From the human T2T-CHM13v2.0 reference genome, Homo sapiens: a stretch of DNA of 64,000 nt. The DNA lies in NCBI RefSeq assembly GCF_009914755.1, contig NC_060930.1; one strand, 5' to 3'. Positions within the stretch are counted from its first letter, which is position 1; each line of letters opens with the position of its first letter. Made by a program: the position numbers and the translations under genes. Of this stretch, positions 35,026 through 46,704 are shown piece by piece. Below the pieces are notes generated by a model, which ran no database searches, was not told the origin of the DNA, and worked only from the letters and a program-made list of their open reading frames with translations.

Positions 35026-37795
35026 TCTCATTTCCATGCTAATGGAGTTCTGATTTCCGGCTGGCACATTTCTACCCAGAAAGGAGGCTACTTTTCCCAG
35101 CTGTGGCCACATGGATAAATGTGGGCCAAAGAAGTGAAGGTGGAAGTGTTGTGTGACAGTATCTTCTGCAAACTTTTCTTAAGGGTCAGTGTACATGCCC
35201 CTTTTGACTCATCTTCATGTTTTCCTCCACCCTGCTTTAAGAAATAGAGTCGTAAATTCCAGCCAAAGTAGCCTTAACTCTTACAGATGAGGAGGAGGGC
35301 TTGAGTAGGATTCCAAACTGGGCCTGCCAGGGTCCTGCAGACACTGTGGGTAAGACATTCACAGGGCACTCTTTCAAACAAAAAATCCAGAAATCCCAAC
35401 TGCAGTCCACTATGAGCTGACTCTAGCACAAAGGTGGGCATTTTTTAATTTTAATTTTTGGCTGACACAATTTTTAAATATTTGAATGGAAATGTCTTTA
35501 CTAAAGAGTAAATGGCATTTGCTCCACTTTTTCAGAGACTCAATCGTGCCCTATTACCTTACATCTAGATTTACTTATGATACATGCCTGATCTTTAAAG
35601 AATTTGACTATTATATCCTTTAAATATTCAACACTTATTTAGAATAGAGGCTGAAGGCTTCTATTCTAGAATGATCTAGAAGGATTGGAGAAGGAAGGTC
35701 CTCTGGTAGGATGTCCACCTCTTCTCTACTACTCAGAGCAATTTAGCTCTGCTCCAACTCCTAAATACTTCATTCAGCAAAACAAAACCTGTGCAATTAC
35801 TCGAATGACAGCAGCAGTCCTTGGGATTCCTGGGATCCTCATCATTCCAATCTCTGTCTCTGCCTTCACATCTCATTTTCCCTGTGTATCTCTGTCTTCT
35901 AATAAGGATGCCAGTCAAATTGCATAAGGGACCCATCCTACTCTAGCATTATGTCATCTTGACTAATTACATCTGCAATGTATACCCATCGGGGGTGGAG
36001 ATTTTATAATCATTTACTGTCACTCTAGAATGCTTTAGAAAGTCTCTCTCACCAGTCACCACCATCCATCCAACCAAGTAGCTTGTGATAACATTTCTTT
36101 TAACATCATACAGTAGTCTCCCTGAGAAGAATTTGGGTGAGTATATTACTTTCAACTTGCTAGCTTCCAGGGACATTTTAGCACCATTAAGAGACTGGCA
36201 CCTCCAGGCCATCTGGCTCTGTCCTGACTTTTCTAATTGCAGTGGGTCAGTTTTTGAGGAGGAAATAATGAGTATAATGAATGCATGTAGGATTTGTGTC
36301 ACCAGTAAGCCATCCAGGTAGACCATTCAGAGCAGGGTGGCTACAACATATGTCCCAAAGAGGGACTGTCAGATGAAGTGGACTTAATTGAGTCTTGCTG
36401 GATGTGTTGGGTTTGGATACATGCACACGAAGAGAGAGCATTCCAAGCTTGATGAGGAGCACTGGTAAATGCACTTCTAGTACTAGAGAGTGACGGAGAT
36501 GTTTTGCATCTGTATGAGATCATGCAAGACTCACGACTCATCTAGACCCTAATTTTTCTAACACTTTTCAATGACCCTCCATAGAATCCTCGGTGTTTAG
36601 AAATCTTATAGAGTTCTCTGTAGCAAAAACAGTCCATTTTAAAATCAGTGAAAACTTGCAGCATCAACACAACCACTAGTAGCTGCTGCTCATTTGGCCT
36701 GTAAAGAACAATTTTTACTGGTTAATAGCAAAAAAAAGACAAACAAACAAACCAAATCCAAAACAAAAAAACAACAACCCCCAAAACAAACACAAAAAAC
36801 ACCTGGCTAATTAAATGCATTGGTACTGCATTTTGTGTCTATGGCAATTTGAAAAAGCTGTAATAAGCATCAATTGTAAGGAAAAAAAAGAGTAATTTTT
36901 ACCTACTTCTTTCTCTTAATCTTTCCCAACTGCCCTCCAGGGTAAAAGAACTCTGTCACCTCAGTTCATATAAACAAACATGAACAACACACAGTAGGTT
37001 CTAGAAGTGTAGTTTCTTAATTGGTTTTGAGTTCCATATAATCCTAAAAAGTAGCTTTCTCAATTCAAAATACAGACATTACTGTGTATTTAGTGGTGAA
37101 AACTTTAAAAGAACATAAATATCCAAAAAGAAAAAAAGTTTAAGCAAAATATATGTCCATATGATGTTGTGCTATGCAATCATTAAACATGAGTTTTACA
37201 ATGTTTTAAATAGGAGAAAATTGCTATTAAACTTGAGGCAGAAGAAATCTCTGTGATGCAAGTTGTTATATAGTATGTCACAATCAGCTAACTCTATATT
37301 GTAAAAGACTTGCAGGAATATGCTAAAATGTTCATTGTTTTCTCTGGGTGGAGAGAGTGGGGAAAATGTTTTTTTAAAAGTAGCGTTTCCATTTTAGTAT
37401 CATAAATACGCTACATTTATAATGAATAAAAATAATTCAGAGGTATCTTTTCTGTAATACTGAAGACTTTTTCCATGCCCAGGCCTCTGAGGGGGACATG
37501 TCCTAACTTTCACCCTTGAAGTACAGATAAATGGGGAGAAAAAATTTGTTCCAAATATATTGATATTGTTAGAAAATGCTTATCTCATGTAAATGCAGAA
37601 CCAAAGGAAATGTGTAAATATCGAATACTGCAAGGATATGTATAAACACAATTCTTCCTCCTGAACTTTTAAGCAACGACCAATAGTTACATAAAGTTGG
37701 CTTCTTGGAATACAATTTAAGGGTGACATAGGAGTCCCAGTCATTTCCCAAATTAACAGGTATTATCATCAGTATGTCAGACAGACATCCTCCCT

Positions 37796-38156
37796 GATAC
37801 GGTTTGGCTGTGTCCCCACCCAAATTTCATCTTGAATTGTAGCTCCCTTAATCTCCACGCATTGTAGGGGGGGAACTGGTGGGAGGTAATTGAATCATGG
37901 GGGCAGGTTTTCCTGTGCTGTTCTTGTGATAGTGAATAAGTCTCAGGAGATCTGATGGTTTTATAAAGGGCAGTTTCCTGCACACACTCTTTTGCCTGCC
38001 ACCACGTAAGATGTGACTTTGCTCTTCCTTTATCTTCTGCCATGAGGGTGAAGCCTCCCCAGCCATGTGGAACTGTGAGTCCATTAAGACTCTTTTTCTC
38101 TATGAATTATCCAATCACAGGTATTTCTTCATAGCAGTATGAAAATGGACTAATAC
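37796..38156. mobile_element. THE1D/MSTA solo LTR, opposite orientation to those at 1287 and 6378
   Basis: TGATACGGTTTGGCTGTGTCCCCACCCAAAT...GGACTAATACA. Confidence 0.88.
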
Positions 38157-38883
38157 ACCCCCCCTCCAAAAGAAAAAAAAGGAATGAACAGTCTGTCTCA
38201 ATTATTAGAAGTACTTAAGAAAGGGTATCTTCAGCCCCATATATAGTCTAAGAAATATTACAACAATCAAAGAATATAGCTTGAAGCTAAAACGGGTTCT
38301 TGAAATCTTCCCTTGGTGTTTCTTATGTTTACTGCTATTGATGAAATTCAACTGGATGAGGCTTTTCTCCTCCAGTCTCACTAACTGTGTAGTAGAATGA
38401 AAAAGATAAAAAAAAAGACATGCAAATATTTCTTCTATACATAGAAAACAGTATTATCTAAATCAAATATGGAATCATCATAAGAATACTTAGAAGTGAA
38501 TAATGTATTATAGTTCATAAAAAGTAATAACTTACCTAATGAAGTTTTAAAAGCAATTGTTTACGCTGTAAAAACACAATGTGTGTAGATTAATATTTTC
38601 CACAAAAGTTATCTGTAAAACATGACTAAGATTGTTAGATATGGTCTGAAAAGCACAGAAAGCAAGCCTGGACATGTTAATAGTTATCAAGAAGTTCCAA
38701 AAATTGTGAACTGACATTCTCATAAAATAGTATTTGAGTCAAGTTTTATACAAACGCTTCATTTTTTTAAAGCACAAAACTATCTGATCATGGTTGGCAA
38801 ATCATGAAAAAACAAAAGCAAACCCAGCAGAATAGGTTCTAAATACTTAATTAAGAGTTATAGTTATTTATTTAAAAGAAACT

Positions 38884-39200
38884 GGTCGGGCGCAGTGACT
38901 CACACCTGTAATCCCAGCACTTTGGGAGGCCGAGGCAGGTGGATCATTTGAAGTCAGGAGTTCAAGACCAACCTGGCCAACATGGTGAAACCCCATCTCT
39001 ACTAAAGATACAAAAAAAATTAGCCAGGTGTGGTGGCATGCGCCTGTAGTCCCAGCTACTTGGGAGGCTGAGGCAGGAGAATAGTTGAACCCAGGAGGCA
39101 GAGGTTGCAGTGAGCTGAGATCATGCCACTGCACTTCCGCCTGGGTGACAGAGCTAGACTCTGTCTCACAAAAAAACAAAAAGAAAAACAAAACAAAAAA
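38884..39200 (+). mobile_element. AluS
   Basis: Full dimeric Alu with A/AAAC tail. Confidence 0.92.
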
Positions 39201-39353
39201 CCTGACCATTAAAAATGGCTTTATGAAAATATTATTTCATTTTGTAACAATGGGGTTGGGGAGTCTTAATAATTGTCTAACATGTAAAGTAGGAAGGGTA
39301 TATCAAACTTTGCAAATATCACATTAACTCATAAAACTTTATTAAGGCTCTAT

Positions 39354-39826
39354 TGAGAGGTGAGGCCAGCTGGACCTCCTGAGACAAGTGGGGACTTGGG
39401 GAACTTGCCTGTCTTACAAGAGGAGTGTAAAATGCACCAATCAGCGCTCTGTAAAAAGCACCAATCAGCACTCTGTAAAACACACTAATCAGCACTCTGT
39501 AAAACGCACCAATCAGCAAGATTTTAAAAGTAGCCAATCGCAGGGAGGACTGAAAAAAGGGCACTCTCATAGGACAGAAACAGAACACTGGAGAGGACAA
39601 TAAGGGAATAAAAGCTGGCCACCCCAGCCAGCAGCAGCAACCCGCTCCAGTCCCCTTTCATGCTGTGGAAGCTTTGTCCTTTCACTCTTCACAATAAACC
39701 TTGCTATCGCTCACTCTGGGTCTGTGCCATCTTTAAGAGCTGTAACACTTACCACCAAGGTCTGCCGCTTCATTCTTGAAGTCACTGAGACCACTAATCT
39801 ACCGGCAGGAACCAATTCCAGACACA
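39354..39826 (+). mobile_element. ERV9-family solo LTR (LTR12F-like), same sense as AIG1
   Basis: TGAGAGGTGAGGCCAGCTGG...CCAGACACA termini; four 24-bp repeats TGTAAAAnnCACCAATCAGCrCTC (39426-39517); GGGAATAAAAGC TATA-like element (39607-39613); AAGAGCTGTAACACT U5 motif; TSD CTAT/TTAT (3/4). Confidence 0.88.
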
Positions 39827-41349
39827 TTATTAAGGTAGGTAGATCTTCAATAGATCTACTCTTTTTTATTTTTATTTTTTTGGCAGTTTATAACCATGTA
39901 CCAAGGATGCACAATTAAAAAAATAAAGCCAACTTTTACATTAAGATTTAACCAAAAATCATCAATAATACATCGTTTTAATGCTAGTAGAATCTTCTTC
40001 TGACATCAGTTCTATTAGCATAATTATAATGCCAATTAAAAAAATCTAGTGGGTCTCTTCATTTTAGTTTAGAGCTTGATTGGAAACATTCAGGAAAACA
40101 TCCATGGCTTGCTTGCTACTTTCTCTTTACCTCTAGCACTATGCTTCTCCCCACCAGCCCTCCCTCCACATCCTCTGACTCAGAGACTATTTGAAGAGGA
40201 CACCTGTTTTAAATGGATCCACAGGAAATACCTATGTTGCCTTTTCATAATCCGAACCTGCAACTGGTTGGCTGAAATGAAAATGTTGCCCACAGACTGA
40301 TGCAACTTCAGTGTGACAACATTTACTGGAAGGCAGGAGGGACTCCAGTTTATATTTATTTTCCTTCCATTAAGCCCTGGTAGTGTAGTGTAAGAAAAAA
40401 GTAAGGGCAAAACCAGTTTAACAACCAGATGATTAGTATTAAATTACACGCAGGGGTTTTACATCCAAAATTGGAATTTTTTAAAGCTGAATGCAATCTT
40501 GTGGCAGAAAGTTATTTGAAAATCCTTTCTTTATAGCTTTTTATCTATAAACCTCTTGTCCAAAGTTCATATTCTAGCTGATGTTATATACTGATATGAC
40601 ATTATTCAATCTGTCATGGAAAAGTGCTGCGTAGCCTACCCATTGAAAGCAGAATTGAGAGAGTTTCCTAGTGATTGACAGTCGTTTGTCAACACTGAAA
40701 ACCTTATTGCCCCAAAATACTGAAAGTCACTCGCGGCTGCCTGTGCTCGGGTTTACACCCCACGTTCACACCCCCACCGGATCCCTCCGCACGGGGCACC
40801 AGCTCTCGGCCAACTGCAACTACCCCAGGAAGCGTCACCGCGATTCCGGGGCGGGAACATTTGTGGACACTGGGGTCCACTCCTTCAGTCTAGGTTCCCC
40901 GCCCCCTCGCCCGGCCCGGCGCCCACTAGCCACAGGGCCCGCTTCCCCCTGGAGATCAGCGCGCACTTCCCGAGCCCTCGTAGCACTCAGAGGTCGCATC
41001 CACACCTGGGATGCCTAGGGGGCGCCTCCTGGCCGGGTGTCCCGGGACCCTGCGAACGCAGGAGCAGAATGACGAAGGTGACGAAAGAGATGACGACACG
41101 CCGCCTGCCAGGCCGCGGCCGGCAGTGGAGAGCGTCCGCAAACCGCGCCCGGCCAGTACAGGTCACCCGGGCGCTCGCGGCCGCGCCAGTCCCCGGGGGC
41201 GCGCGCCCCGCCCCCGCCCCCGCCCCCGCCCCGCCCCGCCCCGCGCCCGCGCCCGCGCCCGGGTTCCCACGGCGCCCGCCCCCGCGCGCCCGGCGCCTCC
41301 CTCACGCCCGCCCTCCTTGCCGCCCAGCCGGTCCAGGCCTCTGGCGAAC

Positions 41350-41490
41350 ATGGCGCTTGTCCCCTGCCAGGTGCTGCGGATGGCAATCCTGCTGTCTTAC
41401 TGCTCTATCCTGTGTAACTACAAGGCCATCGAAATGCCCTCACACCAGACCTACGGAGGGAGCTGGAAATTCCTGACGTTCATTGATCTG
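41350..41490 (+). CDS. AIG1: AIG1 (androgen-induced gene 1, integral-membrane FAHFA hydrolase) first coding exon, 47 codons
   Basis: [47 protein letters not shown] matches the recalled human AIG1 N-terminus; Kozak AACATGG; phase-0 donor CTG|GTAAGG at 41490/41491; residue 43 is Thr, the reported nucleophile of the AIG1/ADTRP Thr-His dyad. Later exons not seen in this window. Confidence 0.95.
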
Positions 41491-41532
41491 GTAAGGCCGT
41501 CCCCTCCCCCTGCTCGCCCCGCACCCCGTGCC

Positions 41533-41534
41533 TG

Positions 41535-41572
<38 letters not shown>
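41533..41572 (+). repeat. (TG)n microsatellite just inside AIG1 intron 1
   Basis: ~20 alternating purine-pyrimidine units with one CG interruption. Confidence 0.95.
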
Positions 41573-41573
<1 letters not shown>

Positions 41574-44501
41574 ATGCGCGAGCACCTGCGCACGTGCGCG
41601 CCTCCAGCATCCACCCGTGTCCTCGCCTCTTCCCCAGTGATTGCGTGTGAAGGCCTGGCTGCCCCCGCAGCGGCACCTTCTGAACCACTCACCGTTACCT
41701 GGTAGCTGGGTACCCTTACCTGGCAACTGGGGGACAAATGGAGGTGGGGCGCAGCCAGGTGGTGGGCTCTTTGGAGGGGGACACCGAACTGCTTCTAAGA
41801 GGTGACACGGGAAGAATCTTCAACAAAAGCATCGGACCTGATCCTGAATGGCCTGAGACCCATTCGCCCTCAAGGTGCTTTTCAGAGCACCCACCGTGGG
41901 ATGAACTTGTTGCAACTGAAGGAAACTGGGTATTGTCTAGTGATTTGGAACTTCACCTGAAAGAACCAAATCCTTCTCATAAGGGAGAGAAAGCACCTAA
42001 TAAAGTTGTCTTCTTTGCATCTGTTTTTTTCCCCCATTGTCAATAATTTACTTTCAACCTTTACCCCGTACATATTAGGAGACAGAGATGTTCAAAGTGC
42101 ATTTCCAAGGTGACTGTACACACTTCTCTGTCTTCCCATGTACAAATTTACAGTAGTTTGCATAAGCAGCTCCTCTGTTGGCACAATATGATAATCTTGA
42201 CAGGTGCAGGTTATTATTAGTATATCATTTTGAAAGTTTTTCTATTTCTGGCACTAAAAGGCCCTCTTCAACCTCCCTGGAGAACAGAACATGGGCATAA
42301 GGCCCAATAATGAACTCATGGATGGACCTAGGAATTTCAGGGTAAAGGTGACTAAGACACACGCTAAAAGATTATTAGGAAGAGGCTTAAAACAAAAGCA
42401 ATGAAGTTCTAAAGCACTCAGAGAAATTGTAGAACCAATTCCTGGGACTCCCTGAACTGTTTATCCAAGACTATACAGTTGGTTGGCTACACCAGCAAGA
42501 TTATAATCTCTTGTTGACCCTCCATTCTGATGAAGAGAACATGATACCTGTTTTAAAAATTTCCAAAGGCTTAGGATGCCTCAAAGAAATGCAGAGAGGC
42601 TTTTGGTTTAAAAATAACACCTTATATTTGCATTATATTAGATACTTTCAGAGTGGAATTTCAATTCTGTTGCCCAGCAGTCTCCAAACTGTGCACATAC
42701 CCTTAGGCCCACAAGACTTCACAGGGTATAGAATGTTGCAAGGGTTTTAATTTTCAGATCCTCATCTTCCAACTCTGCTTGAAACTAATTTCCCTCTGAA
42801 CATGCGTGATGCCTGCCAGTTCTCCTTTCATTCTCCCCATTCATCCAAGTGAGGAGCCCGTGACAAGACTCTGAGGTGTGCTTTTCTGTCTGTTCCTTTT
42901 AGCTTCCAGAAGATAGATGGTTGTCACCAGGGCTATCTTTATATTTGATTGAACAACAATGTCGGAGTTGCCTTGACAGAAAGTCTTATTGGGTTGATTG
43001 GCTTGTCAATGAGGATTGGCTTTGCCAATTATGTTGTGTAGCAGACATTTTCTGTATACTGAATGAGCTAAATCTGCAACCCTGAGGTTCTGATGCATAT
43101 GTATATGAAGCAAGCATACCACCCATAGAGCGCCAGAAAGATGTCCCTTTTTCAAGTGTTTACACTTAACTATGTTAAGGATGTTGAGATGTTATTTAAA
43201 AATATGTGCATAGATTTTCAGAATTCTTTGAGGGGCTATGTGAGCAAAACTCCTTTTGGGACACTGCCTTATCCCATTCCTAAGTCAGATCTTACTTAGA
43301 GCTGGCCTATTTGAATGTTGCTAAAGAGCAGTGCTGGGCAAGAATACAGAGATGCTGTGGGAGCCATAGGTTCTAGAAACAGCCCTCAGCATCACTCTTG
43401 CAGTAGATGCTGTGTTGTGGGAGCAAGGCAGGGGTCAGCAGGTGAACAGAGGTAGAAATTGAGGGTGTTGGTTAACCCAAGAGATGCCTGCTTTTCATAA
43501 TTAGCATTGCTTACTGTGCATTGAAAAACAAGGCTCAGAAGAAATGATATACCTCTCATAACCTTTGTGTGACATGAAACCATAGTAGAGTCAGCTTGAT
43601 ATGCTGTCATATAATTTATCTTTTAGCATTCAATGATTGGACTTGCCTGTTTTAAATACTAATCACCATACAGGACTTTTTCTATCCCAGAAGTCAGACA
43701 GTAGATTCAAATGTGAAACATTTACTTTGCTTCATATTTAGCTTCAGATTGTATAGGACCTTTAGCCAGCGTTGTAATTTTTTACTCTGTGGCTCCTGAT
43801 TGAAACATAATAATTATCTTTAACAAAGAGTGCCTGTGAGAAAGTATGTCTGAGATATATTCATAAAAACATTCATGCAAAGTGTTATTCTTTTTATTAT
43901 TTGAGATTTAGAATCCTTAGAGCTTAAGCATTGTACAGCTGTTAAAACAACCAACCTGTCAATCCTCAGTAATGGCATGAAATGATTAGGCTACTATAAT
44001 TTAGCCATTTTACTTTTCACTTTTAATGTTAAAAAGACCGTAAACTTTATTACCTAGTGCCTTGTACAATATTAATGAGTCTAAGTTTATTGGAGTAATT
44101 TTGCAAGAGTTTAACTTTTTAAAATTGTAATGTGAAGGCCCTTTTTTCTAGCCAACTTGGATTGCAGGAATCATTTATCCTGATAGCCACAGTTGGATTC
44201 CATATTCCATGGCTTCAGTTTACCAGGATCTGAGTCAGGAATCTCAGGCTCTATGCATCCAGGAGCAGATGATTATGTGGCAGTGGCCATTCTGGCTGTA
44301 TTCATTTCTCTCCTTGGGTATGAGGGTCATTCCAGTAGATTCAGAGCTTATGGTCAAAAACTGAAATACACATTGTTGCTACCAGTAATCTTATACTGTT
44401 ATTCTCCAATGGTTTCTTTTCCTAGTATTGAGAAACTGTAAGAGAACTAAGGTGTTTTTGGAAAATTGAAGTTAGTAAATGGAAAAAGAACACTGTCTTG
44501 G

Positions 44502-45011
44502 TGTGGTAGGCAGAATAATGGGCCTCCAAAGATGTTTACATTCTCATGCCAGGAACCTGTGAATACATTAGGTTACATGGCAAAGGGAAATTAAAGTTGC
44601 AGATGGAATTAAGATTGCAAATCAATTGACCTTAAAATAGGGTAATTATCCTGAGTTATCCCATTGGGCCCAATGTAATTACAAGGGTCCTTAAAAGGAA
44701 TAGGGAAACAGAAGACAAGAGCTTGTTGGAGGAAGATGTGACTGGAAGAAAGTCAGAGAGAGATACGACAATGCTGGGTTTGAAGATGGAGGATGGAGCC
44801 AGGAGACAAGGGGTGTGAGAGGTGTCTAGAAGCTGGAGAGGACAAAAAAATGGTTTTCCTCCTAGAGTTTCCAGGAACACATACCTGCTGACAGCTTAAT
44901 GGTAGTGTATTTTGGACTTCTGACCTCCAGAATTGTAAAATAATAAATTTGTGTCATTTAAGCCATTCAATTGATAGTAATTGGTTACCACAGTAATAGA
45001 AAACTAGTATA
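44502..45011. mobile_element. MLT1C/D solo LTR
   Basis: TGTGGTAGGCAGAATAATGG...GGACTTCTGACCTCCAGAATTGTAAAATAATAAATTTGTG...AGAAAACTAGTATA. Confidence 0.82.
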
Positions 45012-45232
45012 CTTGGCTTTAAAGCCTCTGACTTAGAAAAAAAACTTAACTCTTTTTGTACTTATATGAAATAAATGCAGTGACTCAGCTAGCCCTTTAT
45101 GTATAGTAGATAACTGGTTAATTTTAGCTTTAACAAAAATGCAAGTTTTTTCCTACTTCATCCATGAAATTATGTGGAGGAGACATACATATGTGTAACA
45201 GTGGGCAATATGAGGATTTGTAAAGACTGGAC

Positions 45233-45702
45233 TGTCAAGCGTGTCTGTGTGAAGAGACCACCAAACAGGCTTTGTGTGAGCAATAAAGCTTTTAATTCAC
45301 CTGGGTGCAGGCGGACTGAGTCTGAGAAAGGAGTCAGCGAAGGGAGATGGGGAAGGGGTTGCTTTATAGAAGTTGGGTAGCTAATGGAAAATTACAGTAA
45401 AAGGTGGTTATTTATTGTTAGCAGAGAAGGGGGTGACAAGGTACATGGTGGGGAGATCATAAGACTTATTGTCCAGAAGAAGAATGTCACAAGGTCGGTT
45501 GATCAGTTAAGGTAGGGCAGGGACAAGTCACAACGGTGGAATGTTGTAATGTTGGTTAATCAGTTAAGGCAGGAATTGGCTGTTTTACTTCTTTTGTGGT
45601 TTTTCGGTTGCCCCAGACTTCTTGGCTCCTGCAGGCCATCTGGATGTATATGTGTAGGTCACAGGGGTTACAATGGCTGAGCTTCGGCTTAGAGGCCTGA
45701 CA
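45233..45702 (-). mobile_element. HERV-H solo LTR (LTR7 family, probably LTR7C), antisense to AIG1
   Basis: 470 bp; minus strand starts TGTCAGGCCTCTAAGCC; GTGAAGAGACCACCAAACAGGCTTTGTGTGAGCAA U5 motif; perfect 5-bp TSD TGGAC (45228-45232; 45703-45707). Confidence 0.9.
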
Positions 45703-46449
45703 TGGACAACTTTGGAAAAACTAGGTCTTTACTATGAAGTATTTCAGAGACTATCATTAAGTAACATGTCAGGCCAGGAGAAGAAATACACTTAATTGGA
45801 AATAAGCTGGAAAGAAAGAAAATTTAAACTAGCTGTTACTCAAATATTAACACTTTCTTAGTCAATATCACAGCTGATGAATTTTCTTCAAGTGATGTGG
45901 ATTCATTCACTAGCAAAATGATTATGCTGTGTGTTACATGATAATTGCCCCAAAAGATAATAAAGAAGAATTAGGATAAAACCAACATAAATAAATGAAA
46001 AGAAAAAGGCAAATGTATTTTGAGGTCTTAAAGTAGTATTTGGGGTATAATAGGTGTTTAGTAAATGTTTAAGTAAATGGAAGCTTTCTCTTCCCAAATT
46101 TTCATTGAGTATTCTTTTCTTGTCCTGTCTCCTCCCAAAAACATTCAAAATGATAGGAATTTAAAAATGTATCAACCAGAACATTATTCATATGTATATG
46201 GTAGAGTCTAACAGATGAGTCAGAATCAACTTCTTTGAAAACCATGAACTGGATTTTTTAGAAAACTTAAAATATTGATGATGGATGTAAGACATCTTGA
46301 TTTTTAAAGATTGAAACATATCTGGGAATCCCATTGGCTCTAGTTTGTAGTACTGGCCATTTTGAGAGTCATCCTCTCTTAGGGCCGTATCATACCCATT
46401 ATTCCTCCTAGACTGGCTTTTCATTCATGTCATGGCAGAATATTGTTCA

Positions 46450-46625
46450 GGCCCTGCCTACTCAAAGTGCGGGCTGAGGACCAGCAGGATCAACTTTGTC
46501 TGGGAGCCTGTAAGAAATGTGGCATCTCCAGCTCCACCCCAGAGCTTCTGAATCAGAGTCTGCATTTTAATAAGATCATCAGGTGATTTCTATGCACATT
46601 CAAGGTTGATAAATGCTGCTCTAAG
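46450..46625. mobile_element. MER5-like hAT-Charlie DNA transposon fossil
   Basis: CTCAAAGTGCGG...GGACCAGCAG...TGAATCAGAGTCTGCATTTTAATAAGAT...AGGTGATT...TGCACATTCAAG. Confidence 0.75.
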
Positions 46626-46704
46626 TTGCATTGTTTTTTCATTTACATGGATTAATTGTAGGACCCTGTAGAGCAGTCTTAATATATGAATTCTGCCTAT
46701 TTTC

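Larger units (their letters stand above)
40720..41700 (+). promoter_or_regulatory. AIG1: CpG island / AIG1 promoter with dense GC boxes
   Basis: Sharp rise in GC and CpG density against an AT-rich CpG-depleted background; many CCGCCC (Sp/KLF) sites at 41205-41330; surrounds the first coding exon. Confidence 0.92.

Noticed and set aside
39426-39517. Regular 24-bp repeats resembling a CRISPR-like array
   Set aside because: Head-to-tail repeats without spacers; they are the CCAAT enhancer repeats of LTR12-family U3.
40956-41737. Overlapping Pro/Arg/Gly-rich and His-Thr ORFs on both strands, including read-through of AIG1 exon 1 to 41640
   Set aside because: Expected from stop-poor CpG-island DNA and the (TG)n repeat; the real frame exits at the 41490 donor.
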